Below are positions 1 to 8,761 of a stretch of DNA of 64,000 nucleotides, piece by piece. How positions within the stretch are numbered: the first letter of the stretch is position 1; each line of letters begins with the position of its first letter. The notes under the pieces were generated by a model. It saw only the letters and a list, made by a program, of their open reading frames with translations, ran no database searches and was not told where the DNA came from. Origin of the DNA: a virus. The DNA lies in the IMG/VR virus record IMGVR_UViG_3300007734_000758; one strand, 5' to 3'. The position numbers were made by a program, and so were the translations under genes.

Positions 1-525
1 CTTCGGCCGAATATCTGAAAAATCAAATTCAACTCTAGGTGATCCAGAAAAGTAACTCTTAGTGAGAGTCTTTATTGCATCTGCCCAACCTTCAATTGAA
101 TCTGCAATAAGATACCTACGTTTACGGTCACTATTAGGTTTACGTATTTCTGGTAACTTTTCTACATGATGCTTTTGTACACTGAAACCTACTCCAGTAC
201 CACCTAAAAGTAAAAACATCGTTTCACTAAAAGCACGGATATCATCAATTGGCAAATATGCACAATTGTATATTCGATTCGGAGAGATTTCAATCGGCTT
301 GCCTGCAAACTGCATTGACCTCATAGATGGTAATATTTTTTTATCATATACCAACTTATAAACCTCTTTAATCTCATCGGTTAACTGGGGATACTTTTTA
401 AGATGCATCTCCATATTCCTGGTAACTATTTCATTCCAGGTTTCGCGCCTTTCTAGATACTGCTGATACTTGGCGTATTTCATAAAAGTAGAAATTTCGC
501 TTAATATCGAATTCGATAATTCCAT
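1..525 (-). CDS. nrdJ: Class II (adenosylcobalamin-dependent) ribonucleotide reductase, N-terminal part; runs off the left edge
   Basis: Not in the ORF track; translated by hand from ATG at 525: MELSNSILSEISTFMKYAKY...RRETW...LPSMRSMQFAG...NCAYLP...FSETMFLLLGGTGVGFSVQ...IADSIEGWADAIK, typical of phage monomeric NrdJ; GAGGAAAGGA upstream. Confidence 0.85.
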   Translation of the reverse strand, partial: MELSNSILSEISTFMKYAKYQQYLERRETWNEIVTRNMEMHLKKYPQLTDEIKEVYKLVYDKKILPSMRSMQFAGKPIEISPNRIYNCAYLPIDDIRAFSETMFLLLGGTGVGFSVQKHHVEKLPEIRKPNSDRKRRYLIADSIEGWADAIKTLTKSYFSGSPRVEFDFSDIRPK

Positions 526-576
526 TAATCCTTTCCTCGTTTAATAAATTAAATAATATTCGTTCTCATCCGAAAC

Positions 577-614
577 ATTTATAGATGACTGTAGCGCTGA
601 CATCATCTATAAAT
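577..614. repeat. 12-bp perfect inverted repeat (ATTTATAGATGA / TCATCTATAAAT) between helicase and nrdJ
   Basis: Arms at 577-588 and 603-614; the right arm overlaps the ATATTTATA motif. Confidence 0.75.
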
Positions 615-617
615 ATC

Positions 618-1976
618 TTATTCGAAGCCTTCTCCCTTAATCTCCTGATACTTTCTTCCTAAAAGTTTTCGCATTGCTTCGGCACCACCATCCATTTGTT
701 TCTGTGCCTGCTTTCCATCAGAGGATGTATCTGCGAATATTTGTATCTGTCCGTTACTAGTATTAATTTTGGAAGGAAGAGTAATACCATCCGGACCAAA
801 TCGATTTTTAATCAAGTGCCAACGACCCGTGCCCGCTATCTTATCATTTATTTTTCTAGAGAGGGAAATAACAAAATCAGCAACCATTACTTTACCAAAT
901 GACTGCGCAATCTTATCTGCTTCAATCACTTCCGATTCGGTGCTTGATCTATTAGCTTGCGAAGCTGTCCACACGGGTACTTCATATTCACCTGCCAATC
1001 CTCGCATCTCCTCATAGATAATCTCTATTTCTTCATGTCGTTTCTCATTACCCGGTCCCTTGAGTAGATCACCATAATCTATAATGATTAGATCCGGATT
1101 GAATCCTAGCATCTTACATTTTTCGATGTGTGCCTTTAATCCATTTACCGATGTCGACTTGGTAGGATAGTACTTAATCACCAACCCACCCTTTAACGAA
1201 TTGAGAGTCTGCTGTATCTCATTAATATGATACTTCAAGTTTTGATTGATGATACCAGTCAACACAGAATCATAACGAAGACCTACATACGCTTCATTCA
1301 ACTCCATAGTATAGTGTATCACCTTTAACCCTTGCCGAATTGCATGTGCACCGATATTAACCAAAGACCACGACTTTCCCGCTCCAGGACCTGCAACGAA
1401 TACTCCCAACTCTCCCTTTCCTAATCCTCCCTGAGTCAATTCATTAATAACGTCCCAAGGAGTAGCCCTTACATGCCGTACTGCTTCAGTGTATCGATCC
1501 TCTATATGTAGCATGTATTCATGGCCGATATTTTTATCTGCACCAGCACGTAATGCTAAGTCAATCTTACGTTTAATGTTTTCATAATCACCATTCTTTA
1601 GTAGATCGACTGATTGGATGATTGCTTTCTTTATCTCTTGATTCTTACAAAAGTCTAGAGTCTTCTCTTTAATAAATGGCAGATCCGTGGATTCTACTTG
1701 TTTCCATGATTCTTTAAGATGATCAATCACTTCGGATTTCAATAAATCATCCTTAATATCTTGAATCTTTACTTTTAACGCTTCTAATGAAGGCGGAGTC
1801 TTATACTGTGAGGAGTATTGAATTATATTCTCAATCAACCATTTATTGGCCTCGTTTTCAAAATATCCTGGATCTAATATATCCTGACTCTGTTGAAGGA
1901 ACAATTTGTCTGTCAGTAACGAGGTTATGACCTTTATCTGAAAATTGTACCCATATTCACTTAATCTATCACTCAT
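618..1976 (-). CDS. Replicative DNA helicase, DnaB/T4 gp41-like
   Basis: Walker A AGPGAGKS, YTMEL, IIIDYGDL, WTASQANR, IKNRFG motifs. Confidence 0.92.
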   Translation of the reverse strand: MSDRLSEYGYNFQIKVITSLLTDKLFLQQSQDILDPGYFENEANKWLIENIIQYSSQYKTPPSLEALKVKIQDIKDDLLKSEVIDHLKESWKQVESTDLPFIKEKTLDFCKNQEIKKAIIQSVDLLKNGDYENIKRKIDLALRAGADKNIGHEYMLHIEDRYTEAVRHVRATPWDVINELTQGGLGKGELGVFVAGPGAGKSWSLVNIGAHAIRQGLKVIHYTMELNEAYVGLRYDSVLTGIINQNLKYHINEIQQTLNSLKGGLVIKYYPTKSTSVNGLKAHIEKCKMLGFNPDLIIIDYGDLLKGPGNEKRHEEIEIIYEEMRGLAGEYEVPVWTASQANRSSTESEVIEADKIAQSFGKVMVADFVISLSRKINDKIAGTGRWHLIKNRFGPDGITLPSKINTSNGQIQIFADTSSDGKQAQKQMDGGAEAMRKLLGRKYQEIKGEGFE

Positions 1977-1981
1977 ACGTC

Positions 1982-2013
1982 TGAATATATTTTAAAAATC
2001 GAAATAATACAAA
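1982..2013 (-). promoter_or_regulatory. Bacteroidota sigma70-like promoter for helicase
   Basis: TTTG-N20-TATATTCA on the coding strand, ending 5 nt before the ATG. Confidence 0.55.
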
Positions 2014-3075
2014 TTATTCTCTTGGCATAGCGGATAAATACCCAAAACTAGTACGTAGCCAAGTGTCAATATCTTTTATTACAGTAAACATCTTATCCAT
2101 CATGAACATACGTTTAAACTGAGCAATATTGTATTCGTTGGTGGGACGTGCTGCAAAATCTAACAACATTAGTTTTGCGTTGCCGTTAATATCCGGTTCT
2201 TTCAATTGCATCAAAGCATAATTCAAATGTATCTTAGATTCATTAGTAACAATACTCTGAAACACTTTCTTCTCCTGATCCTTAGAGTTTTCAACTAAAA
2301 AATCAACAGAGAGTTCTGCATCAGCACTTAGTTGCGGGAATGCTTTTAAAAGTGTTTTAGCACCGATGCCAGGCACGCCTGATATATTATCACCGGTATC
2401 CCCAATCACTGCACGGTAGAGTAGAAAATTCTTTGCATTAACACCGTATTCTTGCAATACCAATTCCGGAGTATACAGTTTCTTTTTAATGGGACTCCAT
2501 ACATTAACTCGCTCGTTACATAATTGAAGATAGTCCCTATCAGATGAAACAATCACTACCCTCTCGGATTCTGTGAATACTTGGGTAGTTAAATATGCAA
2601 TAGAATCGTCTGCTTCTATGTTGTCAATAGCAATAGTACTAATCGGCAAACAATCTAGATACTCGATAAGCCTTTGGAATTGCATACGCATAGATGCCTG
2701 TTCATCCTGGATGTCTTCGAACTCTTCATACCGATTGAATTTAGTACGAACGGCACGGTTCTCTTTATATTCCGAATACATCTTCTTACGTTTAGCAGAA
2801 CCTCCCTTTCCATCAAATGCTATTATGCATCTGGTAGGTTTGAATGTTCTTACTAATAGTGCCAAGGACCGTAAGAATCCTGTCACGCCGCCAATGTGCA
2901 TACCATCATCATTTAGTGACGGTACGGCTGAAAATACTCGTATATACAGGTTGAGCTAGAGACCGTCGATAATCAGTACCCGATCATTTCTTTTCGTGGT
3001 AGCTGCATCGACGGTCTTATCTTTTTGCTCTGTTTGAAAATCCTGATAACGATGTAATAAATCGTTCCTGTTCAT
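2014..3075 (-). CDS. 5'-3' exonuclease / flap endonuclease (PolI N-terminal domain / T4 RNase H-like); true start at 3075, in-frame TAG at 2958-2956
   Basis: ATG at 3075 overlaps the upstream TAA (TAATG) and is in frame with the annotated ORF: MNRNDLL...RVLIIDGL*LNLYIRVFSAVPSLNDDGMHIGG; downstream motifs IAFDG, YKENR, EADD, SSDRD, GDTGDNISGVPGIG intact. Confidence 0.85.
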
Positions 3076-3917
3076 TATGCTTCTTCGTTAATTACATCCG
3101 AATCTACTGTCACTTCATCAATTCCACCATCAATACCGGGACGGTATTTGAAGATATAAGCATTGCAGATATCTCGGTACATTGCTGCCTGGACTTCAGG
3201 TCGTTCTTGTAACAGCGTATGGAATGATTTGCTTTGGAATTTTATCTCCTCACCGGTTTCTTGGTCTATATAAGTATACCAGGCACCAGCGTTCGTAATC
3301 AAACCATAATCTTTCATGAGTTCCATCCATCCTCCGTAATTATCAATTCCGGATTCAAAATAGATATCATAACCAACCATCCTCAACGGAGGTCCGATTC
3401 GATTCTTAACTACCTGCGCATTTGTTTTTATACCAATAATCTGTTCAACACCGGCGCCATTTTTAACTTTAATTTGGCCGATGGATTTTAAACGTAACCT
3501 AACAGATGCGTGGAAGGGAATTGCTTTCCCGCCGCTAGTAGTATTATGATTCAATCTGCCATTTGCCAGATATGTATGATCATTACTATCTACTTCAATA
3601 TCAACTACGTGCATTGGCTCATCAATCACTTTAAAATCCGGGTGCTCGCATGCAAAGATTTCTTTTCCATTTTCTACAAATCGGTGATTACCAGAAACTT
3701 TTATGTGTCCGTCGGTATAAAATGAATTGACACTAGGTTTGACTATAAAACTTTTAATTGGAACGAAGACTCGATTTCCTGTACTCGAATCTATGGATTC
3801 TACTTCCAATTCGAGATCCGATAAATCATACATCTCTTCTTCAGAGAAATTGTTTAATTGTAAAAAACGATCGGCAAGCTCAGCCAATGTAATTTCTTCT
3901 TCTATGTATTTGCTCAT
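3075..3917 (-). CDS. uvsX: Split-intein C-fragment (125 aa) fused to the RecA/UvsX C-extein
   Basis: Intein blocks VSGNHRF, VVDIEV..HTYLANG, NHN/T followed by RecA TTSGGKAIPFHASVRLRL...VVKNRIGPP...AGAWY. Confidence 0.9.
   Translation of the reverse strand: MSKYIEEEITLAELADRFLQLNNFSEEEMYDLSDLELEVESIDSSTGNRVFVPIKSFIVKPSVNSFYTDGHIKVSGNHRFVENGKEIFACEHPDFKVIDEPMHVVDIEVDSNDHTYLANGRLNHNTTSGGKAIPFHASVRLRLKSIGQIKVKNGAGVEQIIGIKTNAQVVKNRIGPPLRMVGYDIYFESGIDNYGGWMELMKDYGLITNAGAWYTYIDQETGEEIKFQSKSFHTLLQERPEVQAAMYRDICNAYIFKYRPGIDGGIDEVTVDSDVINEEA
3543..3917 (-). mobile_element. IntC of atypically split intein
   Basis: Ends His-Asn before Thr+1; acidic N-terminus MSKYIEEEITLAEL. Confidence 0.88.
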
Positions 3918-4963
3918 ATATGTTCTTTTATTATTTGTTTACATTTTTCAACATCAGTTAAAATATCATTTTCCCACAGCACTATCACAGTATAAGAATT
4001 TTCTTTTAAAGATACAATTTTTTCTTCATCATATTTCCATATATCAGCAGCTATTCTAGATTTATGTGTGGTATCTGTTGGTTTGAAATACTTAGGATTT
4101 GCATGCCAAAAATCCCCAAAACACTCAACTATAATATTACCCTGAACTAAGAAATCAGGTACATATGATTTATCGTTTAAATGTATTGTGGTTTCGTATT
4201 GCCACTCTAAGGACAAATCATTTAAAATCAAGGCTATTTGATATTCAATCGAATTCATATCATAACCGTTAATTTTAAAATTTTTTTGCTTGTGCGAAAG
4301 AAGCATCCTATAAAATTTATCAGGATCGTTTTTCCTAGCATCATGCCACATATTTTTAGCTGCCCGCGATATTTTTTGTATCCTGTCGGGAGCGTTGCAC
4401 GCTGCAACAAATCGTTTCTTATATTCAGGATCAAGCATACGTTCCCTATTCTTCTCGGATATCCGCTCGTAATGTCCCGAATCCTTACGAGTTTGTATTT
4501 GTTTATCTCGCCACGCAGGATCCGTTTTCCACCGTTCAGAATTTTTCTTACCGATGATAGTCGCCCATTTTTTTTGTTTTAATTGTAACTTATTTCTAGT
4601 AATATCACCTGCAGGTGATTCATAATGCTTTTGTAATGAAGCACTAACTCGTCTTCCTATCATATTTTTTTCTTGAAGCAACATTTTCGAATCATCCGGC
4701 TTAAATGTATCTACATACCACTGTATTAAGTTAGTCTTAGCACAAAGTTTTTTTCTTTCATGAAAAACCTCATTTCCTAGAACATCGCCCAAATAATGAA
4801 TATAGTATTCTTGCTGTACGCCACTATAAGGAATTCCGTTCGGTCGGATCGGGTGTGATTTATTCTCTTTAAATTGCTCTTTTAATTTTAATTTGATTTT
4901 TGGATTTGTAGGTTCATTGTTATAGGTTACATCAAAAAAATCCAGTATTAAGTCAGTATTCAT
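3914..4963 (-). CDS. Vsr/DUF559-like PD-(D/E)XK homing endonuclease inside fractured recA
   Basis: C-terminal SIE...YVPDFLV..IIVECFGDFWH...LWENDI; basic helical N-terminal region; lies between the two intein halves. Confidence 0.82.
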   Translation of the reverse strand: MNTDLILDFFDVTYNNEPTNPKIKLKLKEQFKENKSHPIRPNGIPYSGVQQEYYIHYLGDVLGNEVFHERKKLCAKTNLIQWYVDTFKPDDSKMLLQEKNMIGRRVSASLQKHYESPAGDITRNKLQLKQKKWATIIGKKNSERWKTDPAWRDKQIQTRKDSGHYERISEKNRERMLDPEYKKRFVAACNAPDRIQKISRAAKNMWHDARKNDPDKFYRMLLSHKQKNFKINGYDMNSIEYQIALILNDLSLEWQYETTIHLNDKSYVPDFLVQGNIIVECFGDFWHANPKYFKPTDTTHKSRIAADIWKYDEEKIVSLKENSYTVIVLWENDILTDVEKCKQIIKEHI

Positions 4964-5020
4964 AAGTCCCTCTGTTGTTGTTTATATGTTTTATACTTAT
5001 AAATATTAACAGAGGGACTT
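4964..5020 (-). promoter_or_regulatory. 13-bp hairpin sequestering the endonuclease initiation region, with the ATATTTATA motif in its loop
   Basis: AAGTCCCTCTGTT (4964-4976) / AACAGAGGGACTT (5008-5020) perfect inverted repeat; motif at 4998-5006; the 3' arm abuts the ATG. Confidence 0.8.
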
Positions 5021-5030
5021 TTTATGAATA

Positions 5031-5759
5031 TCAACCAATCTTGTATCGTATTTTTACTTTCGTACTAAACGGATCCACACACCAGGGATCTCCGAAACTT
5101 ACTCCTAATCGAGTCCTAAGCTGGTTTGTAAAGATTAAACAGATACGTTCACGGGCAATCATATTAGTAATCTTACGCATTGCCTTAGAAAGGATAATTG
5201 ATTTAGACGTAGCATAACCATCCTTATCATAATCCGCTGCCTGTTCAATCTTGGTAGATGCACCCATAATAGAATCGACTACAATAGTAACCAACCTATC
5301 TTTAGAGGATTTTCGAATTGATTCAACAATATTCTCAATCGCTTGGAAGATGTCCTCAATGGTTTCTAATGGAACATACAACATTGTATTTAGATCCAAA
5401 CCAATCGCTTCCAAAAATTCCCTACTGACAGCACTCTCAGTATCAATATATACTGCTAAGCCACCCTTTTGTTGGGTAGAAACGAGTGCATGTGCTGCAA
5501 GTAAAGATTTTCCCGAAGCCTCGAGCCCAGTAATCTCTGAAATTCGCCCTACCGGAAATCCTCCATTCGGTCGGTTAGCGATTGCTAAATCTAATAACGA
5601 TGAACCGGTTGATACGAATTCATTTACATCTGCAGGAGTATCAGTATCTCCATCTAAGAAGTACGCCACCTTATAATTGGTACTCTTAAACTGCTTGTTA
5701 AGATTCGCTGCTAGTGTGGATGCTAAATCATCCAACACTTCTAATTTTGTTTTGTCCAT
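5031..5759 (-). CDS. uvsX: RecA/UvsX N-extein fused to a 16-aa split-intein N-fragment
   Basis: Walker A GLEASGKS, YIDTE, IVVDS, FTNQLR..LGVSFGDPW, then CVDPFSTKVKIRYKIG-stop. Confidence 0.9.
   Translation of the reverse strand: MDKTKLEVLDDLASTLAANLNKQFKSTNYKVAYFLDGDTDTPADVNEFVSTGSSLLDLAIANRPNGGFPVGRISEITGLEASGKSLLAAHALVSTQQKGGLAVYIDTESAVSREFLEAIGLDLNTMLYVPLETIEDIFQAIENIVESIRKSSKDRLVTIVVDSIMGASTKIEQAADYDKDGYATSKSIILSKAMRKITNMIARERICLIFTNQLRTRLGVSFGDPWCVDPFSTKVKIRYKIG
5034..5081 (-). mobile_element. IntN (16 aa) of atypically split intein
   Basis: Cys1 directly after FGDPW; block-A-like CVxxxTxVxI; basic. Confidence 0.85.
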
Positions 5760-5771
5760 TTGAACTCCCTA

Positions 5772-6530
5772 TTAAGAATTGAATAATGAATCGAATGCGG
5801 CGGATACATCTTTAACACCGGTTGATTTTGCAGGTGCTGCGGTTTCTGATTCCGTATCCTCGTCACCAGCAGTTGCAGTGTTTTCAGGATTCATCCAATT
5901 TTCTAATGCAGTACGCAACTCTTCATAAGTTGGTTCATTAAACAAATCTGTAATCGTAGGTTGTTCTTTAATAAGATTGATTACATCCGGATCTGCAGTG
6001 ATAGGCGTAGTATTCGGTTTAACACGTATCTGTGTTTTAGGATATGCACCAGGTTTTTCTGCTGCAATAAATTCAACAGTAATATCACGTCCCGCTTTCG
6101 GATCTGTGATATCGCCGTAATCCGGATCTACCATGAAACTCAGCAATTCAGAATAAACTGACTTACCGAAGCCCCAAAATTTAACACCTTCATTCTCCTT
6201 ACCACGAACCAGGATCGGTACATATGTACGCATTTTAGGTTCTAACTTTTTACCCATACGCCATTCATCAGAGTTTCCAGATGTCTTTAATTTTTCAGCG
6301 AATTCTACAATTGGGTCAGCCTTACCGAAAGAAGCGGGAGAGAGATAGATCTTCTTTCCGATGTCATAATGAAACAACAATTCAATAAATGGATTTTCTT
6401 TATTGTGCTTGTAAGGTACGATTCGAATCTGATGTGTACCTGGTTCAGGCTTCCAAATATTGGTTTGTTTTGTGGTCTGTTTCTGTAACTGATTAAGTTT
6501 CGATTTGATTAAATCTAAGTTGATTGCCAT
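5772..6530 (-). CDS. Single-stranded DNA-binding protein, T4 gp32-like
   Basis: WKP..G..QIRIVPY, VKFWGFGK, DYGDITDP..GRD, acidic tail ending AFDSLFNS; adjacent to uvsX. Confidence 0.8.
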   Translation of the reverse strand: MAINLDLIKSKLNQLQKQTTKQTNIWKPEPGTHQIRIVPYKHNKENPFIELLFHYDIGKKIYLSPASFGKADPIVEFAEKLKTSGNSDEWRMGKKLEPKMRTYVPILVRGKENEGVKFWGFGKSVYSELLSFMVDPDYGDITDPKAGRDITVEFIAAEKPGAYPKTQIRVKPNTTPITADPDVINLIKEQPTITDLFNEPTYEELRTALENWMNPENTATAGDEDTESETAAPAKSTGVKDVSAAFDSLFNS

Positions 6531-6570
6531 AAGTAATCCTTTGGTTTAAATTGTTAAGTAATAATTGATT

Positions 6571-6602
6571 TAAATATATAAAAATAATTCGTTAAGTACA
6601 AA
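6571..6602 (-). promoter_or_regulatory. Bacteroidota sigma70-like promoter for the ssb-uvsX operon
   Basis: TTTG-N20-TATATTTA. Confidence 0.55.
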
Positions 6603-6604
6603 TG

Positions 6605-6994
6605 CTAAATGTTTCTAACCTCAAAAAAATGCAACTTAATTTGACGTAAATTACCCTCACTGGTCAGCAATAGGCTATTACTATATAAGGCCCAATTGAT
6701 CGGTAATGTTTTATCTAATACTCCGTTATTCATATTCCTAATAATCACATTCAACGCGTTCACAGTATATAAAGTATTAGATTCCTTCTTCCTATGAATA
6801 AGAATAGTATTTTTTCCGTAATCTACCAAATTAGTTCGTAAAATATTATAGGTGCAGTATAAATCATTCGAGTTGGCTGTATTTTCAAATACGAAAATTC
6901 GTTTTTCTGGAAGTTCATATGTTTTACTTACATAATCAATAACCAGATCTAAATCAGACTTTTTAACGAATGTGCATAGCAACTGCGTGTTCAC
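6605..6994 (-). CDS. Hypothetical protein (129 aa)
   Basis: ORF in the replication cluster, GTG start with AGGA upstream; function not recognised. Confidence 0.7.
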   Translation of the reverse strand: MNTQLLCTFVKKSDLDLVIDYVSKTYELPEKRIFVFENTANSNDLYCTYNILRTNLVDYGKNTILIHRKKESNTLYTVNALNVIIRNMNNGVLDKTLPINWALYSNSLLLTSEGNLRQIKLHFFEVRNI

Positions 6995-7033
6995 TTAATA
7001 TCCTACTTCATTCCTCTGTTCTTTCGATAGGTA

Positions 7034-8368
7034 TCACAATTGTAATTCTAACATTGAACCGTAATCTGTTCCTGCTTTGACCTTTACTGGATACTTACTA
7101 CTTAATATATTATAAATACCTACCAATACATTTTTTCCTTCTGCAGGATCAACATCAAATAGGAATGAATCATAAGTATATAGAACAAGTTTGGAATTGT
7201 ACTGCTTTAGGTATTCATTGATTTCGTTTATAACTAGTATACCCGTTTCAAACTCTAATGCCTGCAGGTAGTAGTTGAAAAGTTTATTATTAGTGATGTC
7301 TGAAAAGTTACTTGCATATAGTTTTCTACCGAATACCGGAGTTTCGATATATCCCCTAGTAATGAATGTAGTCCATAAATTACGAGTCAAGTCCTTTACA
7401 CGCTTAAACAATTCTATATCTTGATACTCAGGGTCAGTACCACCAAATACCTGCTTGAATGTTATCTGTTTTGCAACCTCATACTCATCTGCATCAATGG
7501 TATCCTTTTGAAAGTATATCTTCGCAAAGTGTTCGTGAATCGATTCCTCATCGAAACTGTATCCAACACACTGACTAATCAATCGTAAGTGAAACGAATC
7601 AAAATCAAACTCAAACAATTTACCACCATTAAACCTGGATACGAATACTTCGCGTGACCCATCCTCTTTATTCAATGCTGCAAAGTTAACGGTACCAAAA
7701 TTATTACTAGGACGGCCTGTCGTTGTATAGATATTATACAAAGAATGCACTAAGTTTCCACGCAATGGATATTTAGGAAACATTTGCCGGAAACGTTTTT
7801 CATTCACACAAATACCATTAGATTCTAAAATCTTTAGTGAATCCAATACCAACCCATTGTATATATCAGAAACAGAGTCCGTTTCAAAACGTTTCACTTC
7901 CGGGAGGAATAGCTCTAGTAACCGATCACAATATTCGATGTGTTTAGTGATCGGAATAATCTTATTGTCACTCATTACTGACGAGTACCAACGTTCAAGA
8001 TAAGAGGAATAACCCTCTCGAATCTTTTCTATCGGTAGGTGAGAATTATTATTTAGCCAGTAAACTAATTCTATATCATAGGACTCTTTAGGAACCCATA
8101 GGGGCATCCATTTTTTCCGGTATACAAAGATATTATGGCTATGAGAACATGCCCCTATGGCGTTCATATCAATGCTAAGGGCGTCTAAATGATTTACCGG
8201 AAGTACCGCTCTCTCTTCCTTATCAATAAAGTAAACGTACACTAACGAGACCGGATTATTCACATAATGTAAATGCGAAGAACTGAATACTGGTATCCAT
8301 ATGGAGTCCGATTCGGACAGCATATCCTGAAACCATTCTATATCAGTATTACATTCAATGAATCGCAT
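7034..8368 (-). CDS. Divergent, short family A DNA polymerase-like protein
   Basis: TTTGRPSN, motif A DFDSFHLRLI, motif B AKQITFKQVFG, NYYLQA, motif C LYTYDSFLFD. Confidence 0.75.
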   Translation of the reverse strand: MRFIECNTDIEWFQDMLSESDSIWIPVFSSSHLHYVNNPVSLVYVYFIDKEERAVLPVNHLDALSIDMNAIGACSHSHNIFVYRKKWMPLWVPKESYDIELVYWLNNNSHLPIEKIREGYSSYLERWYSSVMSDNKIIPITKHIEYCDRLLELFLPEVKRFETDSVSDIYNGLVLDSLKILESNGICVNEKRFRQMFPKYPLRGNLVHSLYNIYTTTGRPSNNFGTVNFAALNKEDGSREVFVSRFNGGKLFEFDFDSFHLRLISQCVGYSFDEESIHEHFAKIYFQKDTIDADEYEVAKQITFKQVFGGTDPEYQDIELFKRVKDLTRNLWTTFITRGYIETPVFGRKLYASNFSDITNNKLFNYYLQALEFETGILVINEINEYLKQYNSKLVLYTYDSFLFDVDPAEGKNVLVGIYNILSSKYPVKVKAGTDYGSMLELQL

Positions 8369-8373
8369 ACTGA

Positions 8374-8406
8374 GTAATATTAATAAATTAGGTTGAAACT
8401 ATCAAA
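8374..8406 (-). promoter_or_regulatory. Possible Bacteroidota sigma70-like promoter for the polA-like gene
   Basis: TTTG-N21-AATATTAC; weaker match. Confidence 0.4.
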
Positions 8407-8761
8407 TCGAATATTCTGACAAATCTCTAAAGTATGTTTGTATACCTGGGAAGTCTACAGATACCAGTACCAATGTATCTCGATTGGTGATTGCTATCTG
8501 TTCTGGAGTGCCTTTAATTCTCCATTTCATCGTTCCGCGTTTCCACAATATAGGGTCTATGCCAGTATTATCTCCGTAGCTATTATAAGAATCTTCTGAT
8601 ATTTCAACAAATACAGTTAATTCGTTTCGTTTCTGTACAAAGTAACGATTTATAAAGCCTAATCGTACGTCTCTTTCGGTCACAGATGGCTTCGATTCAG
8701 AGAATGAATTCCTTTCTAGCGGATGTGCTGGTGGGCCTAATATAAAGTCTATATCAATCAT
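8402..8761 (-). CDS. Hypothetical protein, probably baseplate-associated
   Basis: ATGA-coupled to the upstream hub gene; RYFVQKRN..FVEIS motif. Confidence 0.65.
   Translation of the reverse strand: MIDIDFILGPPAHPLERNSFSESKPSVTERDVRLGFINRYFVQKRNELTVFVEISEDSYNSYGDNTGIDPILWKRGTMKWRIKGTPEQIAITNRDTLVLVSVDFPGIQTYFRDLSEYSI

Noticed and set aside
2956-2958. Genome-wide TAG reassignment (alternative genetic code)
   Set aside because: Coding density is complete under the standard code, long genes have no internal TAG, and TAG terminates several genes; only this one in-frame case was seen.
3914-5033. Group I intron interrupting recA
   Set aside because: There is no room for a ribozyme core (67-nt spacer on one side, overlapping ORFs on the other), and both flanks carry intein motifs.
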